DNA of 64,000 bases from the IMG/VR virus record IMGVR_UViG_3300020471_000623, positions 1-64,000 of that record. The stretch is one strand, 5' to 3'. This document shows positions 20,003 through 27,947 of the stretch, in pieces (the stretch's first letter is position 1; each line of letters opens with the position of its first letter). Both the position numbers and the translations under genes were made by a program. The stretch is from a virus. The notes beneath the pieces were generated by a model, which saw only the letters and a program-made list of their open reading frames with translations, searched no databases and was not told the DNA's origin.

Positions 20003-20460
20003 ATATGAGAAATTTTAAATATTTTTCTACAAAGACTTATGGACATGAAGAAGGATTGTCTTGTGCTTTTAGACAACCATTGGCAACACATAGTCATTGC
20101 AGTCTATTACATGGATACGCTTTATCATTTTCATTTAAGTTTGGTTGTGATATGTTAGATGACAAAAATTGGGTCGTAGACTTTGGCGGTTTGAAAGAAC
20201 TAAAGACTTGGTTAAAAGATAACTTTGATCATAAGATAACTGTATGTAAAGATGACCCTGAAATAGAAAGAATACTAAAATTACAAGACGAAGGATTGGC
20301 AGAAGTGGTTGTAATGAATGGTGTAGGCTGTGAAAAGTTTGCAGAACATGCGTTCCATTTTGCTAATGATCTTGTTAGTAAACAAACTAACGGGAGATGC
20401 TTTGCAGTCTCTTGTGAAGTAAGGGAACACGGAGCTAACAGCGCTATATACGAGGGCTAA
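19999..20460 (+). CDS. queD: 6-carboxytetrahydropterin synthase
   Basis: HCSLLHGY, WVVDFGGLK, FDH, GCEKFA and EHGANSA motifs. Confidence 0.9.
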   Translation: MNMRNFKYFSTKTYGHEEGLSCAFRQPLATHSHCSLLHGYALSFSFKFGCDMLDDKNWVVDFGGLKELKTWLKDNFDHKITVCKDDPEIERILKLQDEGLAEVVVMNGVGCEKFAEHAFHFANDLVSKQTNGRCFAVSCEVREHGANSAIYEG

Positions 20461-20462
20461 AC

Positions 20463-21524
20463 ATGAAAATAGCCCTAGTTACAGACACCCACTTTGGTGC
20501 CAGATCAGACAATTTAGCTTTCGATGCTTACTTTGAAAAATTTTATACTGAATGTTTCTTTCCTTATCTAGAAAAGGAAGGCATAAAAACAATATGTCAT
20601 TTAGGTGATATATTTGATAGACGTAAGTATATAAATTTTAATACACTAAGATCTTGTAAAAGATACTTCTTTCAGAAGGCAGAAGACTTAGGTATTGAAA
20701 TACACATGATACCTGGTAATCATGACACTTACTTTAAAAATACAAATGAAGTAAACAGTCCTAACTTATTACTAGGAGAATATAACAACATAACATTATA
20801 CGAAGAACCTACAGAGATAATGTTAGACAGACATAAGGTATTATATTTACCTTGGATATGTGGAGAAAATTATGACAGGACTATGGCCAAAATTAAAGAG
20901 TCTGACGCAACGACTTGCTTCGGACATTTTGAATTCGCAGGTTACTTCCTTTTGCCTGGAATGCCTAATATCCATGGCATGGATACTGACGCTTTTAGTG
21001 GTTTTGACCTTGTGGTTTCTGGCCACTTTCATCATCGCCATAGCAGAGGGAATATTACATATATGGGCAACCCTTACGAAATCACTTGGTCTGACTATGA
21101 CGACCCTCGTGGATTCGCCATATTCGACACAGTTAAAGGAGATTTGGAATACATCAACAACCCGTTTAGAATCTTCCACAAAATTTATTACGACGATAGT
21201 GATTTCGAGGGCGTCAATGATATCAGCAATTTTGATTTTAATAGTATTGTTGGTTCTAATGTTAAGTTAATTGTAACTAAGAAACAGGACTATGCTAGGT
21301 TTGATCATTTCGTAGACAAACTTTACCAATGTAATCTAATAGATTTAAAAATTATAGAAGACTTATCTGAATTTGAAGATGAGGCATTAGATGAGAACAT
21401 TGACTTAGAAGATACTATGACATTATTAAAAGAATATGTAAATGCTGTTGAAACAGACTTAGACAAACAAAGGATAAAGAACTTGTTACAAACATTATAT
21501 ATTGAAGCACAAGATACAGTATGA
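20463..21524 (+). CDS. gp47: Recombination nuclease, Mre11/SbcD-like
   Basis: TDTHFG, LGDIFD, GNHD and SGHFH motifs. Confidence 0.96.
   Translation: MKIALVTDTHFGARSDNLAFDAYFEKFYTECFFPYLEKEGIKTICHLGDIFDRRKYINFNTLRSCKRYFFQKAEDLGIEIHMIPGNHDTYFKNTNEVNSPNLLLGEYNNITLYEEPTEIMLDRHKVLYLPWICGENYDRTMAKIKESDATTCFGHFEFAGYFLLPGMPNIHGMDTDAFSGFDLVVSGHFHHRHSRGNITYMGNPYEITWSDYDDPRGFAIFDTVKGDLEYINNPFRIFHKIYYDDSDFEGVNDISNFDFNSIVGSNVKLIVTKKQDYARFDHFVDKLYQCNLIDLKIIEDLSEFEDEALDENIDLEDTMTLLKEYVNAVETDLDKQRIKNLLQTLYIEAQDTV
20872..21270 (+). CDS. Putative overprinted membrane protein in the +1 frame of gp47
   Basis: GGAGAAAATTATG RBS/start; 132 stop-free codons; gp47 codons locally avoid NTA+purine; hydrophobic helices. 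Confidence 0.5.
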   Translation: MTGLWPKLKSLTQRLASDILNSQVTSFCLECLISMAWILTLLVVLTLWFLATFIIAIAEGILHIWATLTKSLGLTMTTLVDSPYSTQLKEIWNTSTTRLESSTKFITTIVISRASMISAILILIVLLVLMLS

Positions 21525-23218
21525 TAAATTTTAAAAATCTTAGATGGAAAAACTTTTTATCTACAGGCAATGCCTGGACAGAGATAGACTTTGAAAGAAG
21601 TCCTTCTACATTAATTATAGGTGAGAATGGCTCTGGTAAATCTACATTACTAGACGCTTTAACCTATGCCTTGTTTAACAAGCCTTTTAGAAATGTATCT
21701 AAACCTCAGTTAATTAATTCTATTAATAATAAACATTGTCTAGTAGAAATTAATTTTAGTATAGGCAGTAAGAATTATTTGATAAGACGTGGACTACAAC
21801 CGAGAGTATTTGATATAGAAATAAATGGTGACAAAGTAGATAAGAATGCTAATATAAGAGACTTTCAGAAGTATTTAGAAGAGAACATTCTAAAACTTAA
21901 TTACAAATCTTTTACACAGATAGTGATGTTAGGTAGTGCATCTTTTACTCCTTTTATGCAGTTACATTTAGGAGCGAGACGTGAGATTATAGAAGATATA
22001 TTAGACATTAGTATCTTTACAAGTATGAACTCTGTATTGAAAACAAAGTATGCAGAACTAGAAACTAAACTTAGAGTAATTACAGGTGAAATAGATGTAG
22101 CAAAGCAGAAAGCAAATATTCAAGAACAATATATACAAACATTAGAAACAGATAAACAGTCTAAAGTAGACAAAATACTGGAAGAAATAGATGAGACGAC
22201 AAAACAGGTCAAGATTTATCAGGAGAATGCAGCAGCAACAACAGAGGAGAAGGAGAGCCTGGGTAATGCAAAAGAAAAACAACAACAGCTCGACAAATAC
22301 AGAACAAAGTTTGAACAACAAATCTCTTCTCACAGAAAACACTTAGACTTCTTTCATAACACAGACGAATGTCCTACTTGCCAACAAGGCATAGAACACG
22401 ATCATAAAGAGGTAATGACACAGAGAGATGAAGACAAAATCTCTGAACTTGAAAAGGCTCTAGTCGAACTGGATACGCAGTATAGCGAGGTAGAAAAACT
22501 TGTTGCACAGATACAAGAATTGGACAATAAGATAATGGAAGCTAACAACGAAGCTATATCACAACAAAGGCTCTTACAACGATTACAATTAGAATATCAG
22601 GATACACAAAACAAAGTAGGTGATATAGATGTTGAGAAAAAGAAACTTAGAAAGTTAGCAAAAGAAGCTGTAGGAAAGACAGAAGAAAAGATTACACTTA
22701 CAGAAGATGAACATTACTTTGATGTAGCAAAAGCAATGCTACAAGATTCTGGTATTAAAACTAAAATTATTAAGGCATATTTGCCTATAATTAATAAGTT
22801 AGTTAATAAATACCTGGCAAGTATGGATTTCTTTGTTCAGTTTGAACTTGATGAAACATTTAAAGAAACAATAAAATCCAGACACAGAGATGAATTTAGT
22901 TATGCATCTTTTAGTGAAGGAGAGAAACAAAGAATAGACTTAGCATTAGTATTTACATGGAGAACTATTGCTAAGATGAAGAATTCTGCTAGCACAAATA
23001 TCTTATTATTAGATGAGGTGTTTGATAGTAGTTTAGATAATAATGGAACTGAATATGTGATGCAACTGTTGAACACAATAGGAGAGGATACAAATGTCTT
23101 TGTAATATCTCATAAAGGTGATCAATTGTTTGACAAATTTAGAAGCGTTATTAGGTTTGAGAAAAGGCAAAACTATTCTGTATTAGAGAATAGAAAAATG
23201 GAAAACGAATTTCAATAG
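21521..23218 (+). CDS. gp46: Recombination ATPase, Rad50/SbcC-like
   Basis: GENGSGKST, CPTC zinc hook, FSEGEK and LLDE motifs. Confidence 0.96.
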   Translation: MINFKNLRWKNFLSTGNAWTEIDFERSPSTLIIGENGSGKSTLLDALTYALFNKPFRNVSKPQLINSINNKHCLVEINFSIGSKNYLIRRGLQPRVFDIEINGDKVDKNANIRDFQKYLEENILKLNYKSFTQIVMLGSASFTPFMQLHLGARREIIEDILDISIFTSMNSVLKTKYAELETKLRVITGEIDVAKQKANIQEQYIQTLETDKQSKVDKILEEIDETTKQVKIYQENAAATTEEKESLGNAKEKQQQLDKYRTKFEQQISSHRKHLDFFHNTDECPTCQQGIEHDHKEVMTQRDEDKISELEKALVELDTQYSEVEKLVAQIQELDNKIMEANNEAISQQRLLQRLQLEYQDTQNKVGDIDVEKKKLRKLAKEAVGKTEEKITLTEDEHYFDVAKAMLQDSGIKTKIIKAYLPIINKLVNKYLASMDFFVQFELDETFKETIKSRHRDEFSYASFSEGEKQRIDLALVFTWRTIAKMKNSASTNILLLDEVFDSSLDNNGTEYVMQLLNTIGEDTNVFVISHKGDQLFDKFRSVIRFEKRQNYSVLENRKMENEFQ

Positions 23219-23237
23219 ATAAAATAAGGAGAAAATA

Positions 23238-23447
23238 TTGAAAAAGTTAATACCTGTATTATTACTTCTGGCAGGTTGTAATTCACAAGGTTACACCAAA
23301 GGAAATTTTTATGATGACCCAGACAACTTCCGTTGTCCTAATACACATTTTGCATTGTGTGAAGGTCATATGAGAACCCAAATGGAATGTCAATGTGTTG
23401 ATAAACAACTACAAAGGCAGGTCCTACAAGGATTAAGTGGCTGGTAA
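23238..23447 (+). CDS. Small Cys-rich lipoprotein
   Basis: AGGAG RBS with TTG start; lipobox LLAGC. Confidence 0.6.
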   Translation: MKKLIPVLLLLAGCNSQGYTKGNFYDDPDNFRCPNTHFALCEGHMRTQMECQCVDKQLQRQVLQGLSGW

Positions 23448-23745
23448 AGGTAGCAAACGTAGACCTGGAAAAGGCTATGAAGATAATTGGGACAGGATAT
23501 TTAGAAAGGAAAAGAATATGATTACAATATATGGAAAGTCAAGATGTAGTTTTTGCACACAAGCAAAAAATCTATGTGAACAGAAAGGTTTAGATTATGA
23601 ATATAAAATGTTAGATGCTGATTATACATCTGATGAATTCTTTGAAACCTTTCCAGGTGCTAGAACCTTCCCACAAATTATTATGAACGGAGAAAAAATT
23701 GGTGGATATGCTGGTCTAGTTGAGTTATTAACTAACGAGGAATAA
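23437..23745 (+). CDS. nrdC: Glutaredoxin with in-frame basic N-terminal peptide (core start probably 23518)
   Basis: CSFC, RTFPQI and IGGY motifs. Confidence 0.88.
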   Translation: MAGKGSKRRPGKGYEDNWDRIFRKEKNMITIYGKSRCSFCTQAKNLCEQKGLDYEYKMLDADYTSDEFFETFPGARTFPQIIMNGEKIGGYAGLVELLTNEE

Positions 23746-23748
23746 ATT

Positions 23749-24201
23749 ATGAACGTATGGAGTTTGTCTGAGATACAGACAAATCATATCATAGATAGTC
23801 AGCCTAAAAAAATGTTGGAATGGGGAAGTGGAGAAGCTTCTCAAAAATTTGTTCAGGCAGGAATAGATCTTACAAGTATAGAACATAACGAAGGCATGTT
23901 TCCACATGCAGGTAATTATAAAGTCGTCCCACCTATACTAAGAACACACTTTGAACCTAAACAATTTATAGATTGGTCACCATATGTAATGGTAGAAAAC
24001 TTAGAACAATACGATTGCATACTAATTGATGGAGAGGCAAGGGGAGAGTGTTTAGCATGGACTGCTAGATATGCAGATAGAAATGCCAGAATATATTTAG
24101 ATGATTATCAACGTGGATGGTATGGTTGGGCATTAGACTTCTTTGATGTTATAAATGTTATAGAAGGTTTTGCACACATGGCAGAGCTAAAAATAAAATG
24201 A
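23749..24201 (+). CDS. Class I SAM-dependent methyltransferase-like protein
   Basis: LEWGSG, SIEH and ILIDG..R motifs. Confidence 0.7.
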   Translation: MNVWSLSEIQTNHIIDSQPKKMLEWGSGEASQKFVQAGIDLTSIEHNEGMFPHAGNYKVVPPILRTHFEPKQFIDWSPYVMVENLEQYDCILIDGEARGECLAWTARYADRNARIYLDDYQRGWYGWALDFFDVINVIEGFAHMAELKIK

Positions 24202-24854
24202 GTGAAAAAGAACAATTACCAAGTGCAGTAGATGACGCAGCAGATGTAATGTCTAAATATGATAGGCCATCTTATGATGACCCTGCACCAGAACCTGTTG
24301 CAACATATGATGGTCCTGAACTATTACATATGACTCACCCTTCTCTAAAGAAAGCACCTTCAGAAGTTAATGTAGAAACAGAAGATCTTAAATTACTAAA
24401 AGAAAAATTACTAGAAGCTATGTATTTTTATGGTGGCGTAGGATTATCTGCTAATCAAGTAGGCATAGATGGCAAGTATTTTGTTATGGGCTCTAAGTTA
24501 GTAACAGAAGAAGAAGAGAATACATTCGAGAAGTGTTTTTTCAATCCTAAAATTGTATCTGTATCTAAAGAAGAAACATCACAGAAAGAAGGTTGTTTAT
24601 CTTTTCCAGGACTATGGTTAATGGTAAAAAGACCTGAAAAGGTAACTTTACAATACATCAATTCTGATGGAGAAGAGATGGTAGAAACATACGAAGGCGT
24701 ATCTGCTAGAGTTATTTTACACGAATATGATCATATGTTAGGTGCAAACTTCACAGGCAGAGTATCTAGACTAAAGCTAGAACGTGGTTTGAAGGCAGCA
24801 CAGAAAAAGTATAAAAAACACCAAAGGCGTATGCAACGCTTTCCACAGGCATAA
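24198..24854 (+). CDS. def: Peptide deformylase
   Basis: GVGLSANQVG, EGCLS and HEYDH motifs. Confidence 0.95.
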   Translation: MSEKEQLPSAVDDAADVMSKYDRPSYDDPAPEPVATYDGPELLHMTHPSLKKAPSEVNVETEDLKLLKEKLLEAMYFYGGVGLSANQVGIDGKYFVMGSKLVTEEEENTFEKCFFNPKIVSVSKEETSQKEGCLSFPGLWLMVKRPEKVTLQYINSDGEEMVETYEGVSARVILHEYDHMLGANFTGRVSRLKLERGLKAAQKKYKKHQRRMQRFPQA

Positions 24855-24882
24855 ATAGTTATTTAACACAAAGGAGTAAGCA

Positions 24883-25233
24883 ATGGCAGAAGAATTTGAT
24901 TTTGGTTTTACCGCCGTAGACGAGCCCGACCAAGGGACACCTGCGCCGGCCGCTCCTTCTATTGATGAAGACAAAATCATGGATAAATTACAGCAGTTAG
25001 AAGCTAAGATATTATCAGCCGATAACTCCGGGATGATCAACGAACACAGATCATTAATTGAATCAGACGTGGCAACAAAACTTCGTGATGTAGAGGATCT
25101 GGTCCTCCCTTTACTATTCAATTTACAAAAGAATCCTGAGAAGGAATATATACATTGGCCAAACAGAACGGCTATCATTGACAAACAAATTGAAAAGATA
25201 AAGGCAGTAACCAGATACTATGAGCGAATCTAA
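24883..25233 (+). CDS. Conserved hypothetical phage protein
   Basis: FDFGFTAVDE and LQKNPEKEYIHWPNR; AAGGAG RBS. Confidence 0.7.
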   Translation: MAEEFDFGFTAVDEPDQGTPAPAAPSIDEDKIMDKLQQLEAKILSADNSGMINEHRSLIESDVATKLRDVEDLVLPLLFNLQKNPEKEYIHWPNRTAIIDKQIEKIKAVTRYYERI

Positions 25234-25816
25234 ACCAATACAACAACAACCAAATCCTAGCAACATATATGAAAAACCCGTTGCTAGGATGTTTGACTTC
25301 TATTTGACAGGTCACATAGAAGAAGCAAAACAATTCCAAGACTGGAACCAGATAATGAGAACAGCAACAGAAAATGATGCTATTATCATACATATAAACT
25401 CTGGTGGAGGCGACATGTTTACAGTAATTCAATTACTAAGAAGCATGACAGAAAGTCCAGCAACTATTGTAGCCTCAGTAGAGGGACAATGTATGTCAGC
25501 AGCTACACTAATCTTTTTATCAGCAGATGTATGTGAAATATCAGAACATAGTCATTTTATGTTTCACACATATAGCTCTGGTAATTGGGGAAAAGGTAGT
25601 GAGCAGTTGGCCTCGGTAACAGCAGATGATAAATGGGCTAGACATCTATTTAATTCTGTTTATAAAAATTTCTTGACCCCACAAGAAATAAAGGAGATAG
25701 TAGACGGTAAGGACCTTTGGATGAATCCTGCAGAAGTGAAAAAACGTTTAGAAGAAAGAAACAAAAAAGCACAAAAATCTAAAGGACCAAAAAAGCCTAA
25801 AAAAGCTTTACTCTAG
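25220..25816 (+). CDS. ClpP-like serine protease
   Basis: INSGGG, GQCMSAAT, FMFH and DLWM motifs. Confidence 0.85.
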   Translation: MSESKPIQQQPNPSNIYEKPVARMFDFYLTGHIEEAKQFQDWNQIMRTATENDAIIIHINSGGGDMFTVIQLLRSMTESPATIVASVEGQCMSAATLIFLSADVCEISEHSHFMFHTYSSGNWGKGSEQLASVTADDKWARHLFNSVYKNFLTPQEIKEIVDGKDLWMNPAEVKKRLEERNKKAQKSKGPKKPKKALL

Positions 25817-25835
25817 GTTCTAGAACGTCTAATAT
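25807..25835 (+). promoter_or_regulatory. Sigma70-like promoter with GGTTC spacer
   Basis: TTTACT-ctaGGTTC-(17-nt spacer)-TAATAT. Confidence 0.5.
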
Positions 25836-25841
25836 TATATT

Positions 25842-26255
25842 ATGAAAAAGAAAGTATATTTAGATTTAAAAGTAAAATCGATTATTTCAGTGCTAGTAAT
25901 ACTAGGTATCATACTTTACGCAGCTCCTATTAAGGCAGCTGATACAAGAGATGTAATAGCTGGTGTTATTATAGGTGGGATTATAGGTTCAGAGATTGAG
26001 AAGGCAAATGAAAGAGCTGGAACAACTGTTATATATCCTAATAATCCTAGAGTGCCATATGGACATAACTCTGTAAGAGAGTATCGTTACTATGAGAAAC
26101 TTCCTAATGCTATAACATATTGCAGAATGCCAATGGATACAATATATGTTCCAGATAAAAGGAATTTTGATCCTCGTCGTGACCCTTTATATTTAGGTGA
26201 ATGGCATTGGTCAGCACATGAGCAAGCGTGGATAAGAGACACTCGACAAAAATAA
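25842..26255 (+). CDS. Exported/membrane protein with glycine-zipper motif
   Basis: Signal-like N terminus; GVIIGGIIG. Confidence 0.6.
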   Translation: MKKKVYLDLKVKSIISVLVILGIILYAAPIKAADTRDVIAGVIIGGIIGSEIEKANERAGTTVIYPNNPRVPYGHNSVREYRYYEKLPNAITYCRMPMDTIYVPDKRNFDPRRDPLYLGEWHWSAHEQAWIRDTRQK

Positions 26256-26273
26256 TATTAATTAAGGAGTGAT

Positions 26274-27839
26274 ATGAAAAATATTATGTATTGTATGGCT
26301 ACGGTCATACTTTTATTCAGCATGTCTGGAGCTTATGCCTCAGATATTGAAGAGGTAATTGTTGTAGGAGCTAAGGTTAGTTACAGCAACAGTGACCCAG
26401 AAAGTGAGTCAAATGCTATGGAAGCAATTGACCCAACAAGAGTATTCCAAGCAGGAGGCTTAGGTGGTTTTAATGCAGCTACAATAAATGGAACTGATAC
26501 TAAACACACAGCAGTCTATAGAAATGGAATACCTGTAAATGACGTAGGTAATGGTTGGTATGATTTTGGAACAGAACTATCTCAGAACCAAATATACAAA
26601 ATAATATCAGGACCTAATAGTGCTATATACGGCAGTTCTTCTATGGGAGGAACAATACTTATTGAAGACTCATTTGAAAGACAAGCATTCTTTCAAGCAG
26701 GTGAGGATACATATAAAGTTATGGCAGGTAATGAGTTCATTAATGTAGGACAATATAGAGGTTCTACAGGAAGTGCTAAATCAAATAACACAGAAAAAGA
26801 TTTCTTTGAAAACACAACGGCTAGAAGTAAATTTGTATTTGGAGATTGGTCTATCAATACCAATCATCAGAAATATGAAACAGATTATGACGGTTGTTGG
26901 AATGCTAATTGGGAAGAAGTAAATGATTGTGTCAGTAAAGGAGAGAAACATGATGTGTCTATTAGAGGTGATTGGCTAACAGTTGGTTATTCTAGAAATG
27001 ATGCACAGTTCTATACAGAAGGAGTTCAAACTTGGTCAGCAGTAAGTGAAAGATATTTTGCTGATGCTAATAAAGAAGTAACTGAAGGTGTAGTAATAGG
27101 ATTACAAGGACATAGAGAGGAATACGGACCTAATTGGGACGAACACCTAGCAGCTTATTTAAATGTTGAACATGTAGATGACGACATGAATAAGATTGGT
27201 TTCTCATATAGATTTGAGGAGAAGGAAAGTATATTTAGATTAGGTGGTGAGTATGGATTATTTAGAATCTCAGCAGCTAATAGTATTCGTAAACCTAACC
27301 TATATGAAAGGTATGGAGATGGATTTGTAAGTGCTAATCCTTTTCTAAAACCTGAAATAGGTAAAGGTATTGAAATGGGATACGACCACTTCTCGGCATG
27401 GTTTTATAGATTCTCAGAAAGTATTGAGTATGACTTTGTAGGTCAACAATATATAAATGCTGGTGGTTATGAATCTAAAGGTGTTAAGTATGACAATTAT
27501 ATAATGTCAGACTATGGAAATTTTGGTGTGTTATTAGTATATCAAGTTACTGATAAAATTAGAATTCCTAAATACAAATCTAAACTATCATGGTTTGATG
27601 GTGACGATGAATTTGATTATGAACTATCTTGGATTGCACAAGTAGACAGAGGCAATGACTTTGATGGCTCTGCAATAGAAGATGTAAACACAATCAACCT
27701 AGATCTTGGCTGGAATTTAGGACCTAATTATAGGATATCACTAGCTATAAATGACATTCTCGATCGAGAATTTGAGGTTTTACCAGGATATGGAGCTGGC
27801 GGAAGAACAGTTTATCTTGGTTTGCGCCTAACTTATTGA
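26274..27839 (+). CDS. TonB-dependent outer-membrane receptor (BtuB-like, compact)
   Basis: Signal peptide; EEVIVVG TonB box; plug motifs NG.PVND and GPNSAIYGSSSMGG.I; C-terminal N.LDREF...GY...GRTVYLGL.Y. Confidence 0.85.
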   Translation: MKNIMYCMATVILLFSMSGAYASDIEEVIVVGAKVSYSNSDPESESNAMEAIDPTRVFQAGGLGGFNAATINGTDTKHTAVYRNGIPVNDVGNGWYDFGTELSQNQIYKIISGPNSAIYGSSSMGGTILIEDSFERQAFFQAGEDTYKVMAGNEFINVGQYRGSTGSAKSNNTEKDFFENTTARSKFVFGDWSINTNHQKYETDYDGCWNANWEEVNDCVSKGEKHDVSIRGDWLTVGYSRNDAQFYTEGVQTWSAVSERYFADANKEVTEGVVIGLQGHREEYGPNWDEHLAAYLNVEHVDDDMNKIGFSYRFEEKESIFRLGGEYGLFRISAANSIRKPNLYERYGDGFVSANPFLKPEIGKGIEMGYDHFSAWFYRFSESIEYDFVGQQYINAGGYESKGVKYDNYIMSDYGNFGVLLVYQVTDKIRIPKYKSKLSWFDGDDEFDYELSWIAQVDRGNDFDGSAIEDVNTINLDLGWNLGPNYRISLAINDILDREFEVLPGYGAGGRTVYLGLRLTY

Positions 27840-27880
27840 TAAATAAGTAAATAAGATTTCAAAAGATTCACTCTGAGGGC

Positions 27881-27909
27881 TTGACAATAGGTTCCTCAGA
27901 GTGCATAAT
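27881..27909 (+). promoter_or_regulatory. Early sigma70-type promoter
   Basis: TTGACA-ataGGTTCctcAGAGTG-CATAAT. Confidence 0.85.
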
Positions 27910-27947
27910 ATACGCATAATTAGTAAAAAGTAAGGACTTTATTAAAT

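Noticed and set aside
25787-25800. A-AAA-AAG at the end of the ClpP-like gene as a frameshift site
   Set aside because: The -1 frame stops after two codons (AAA GCC TAA).
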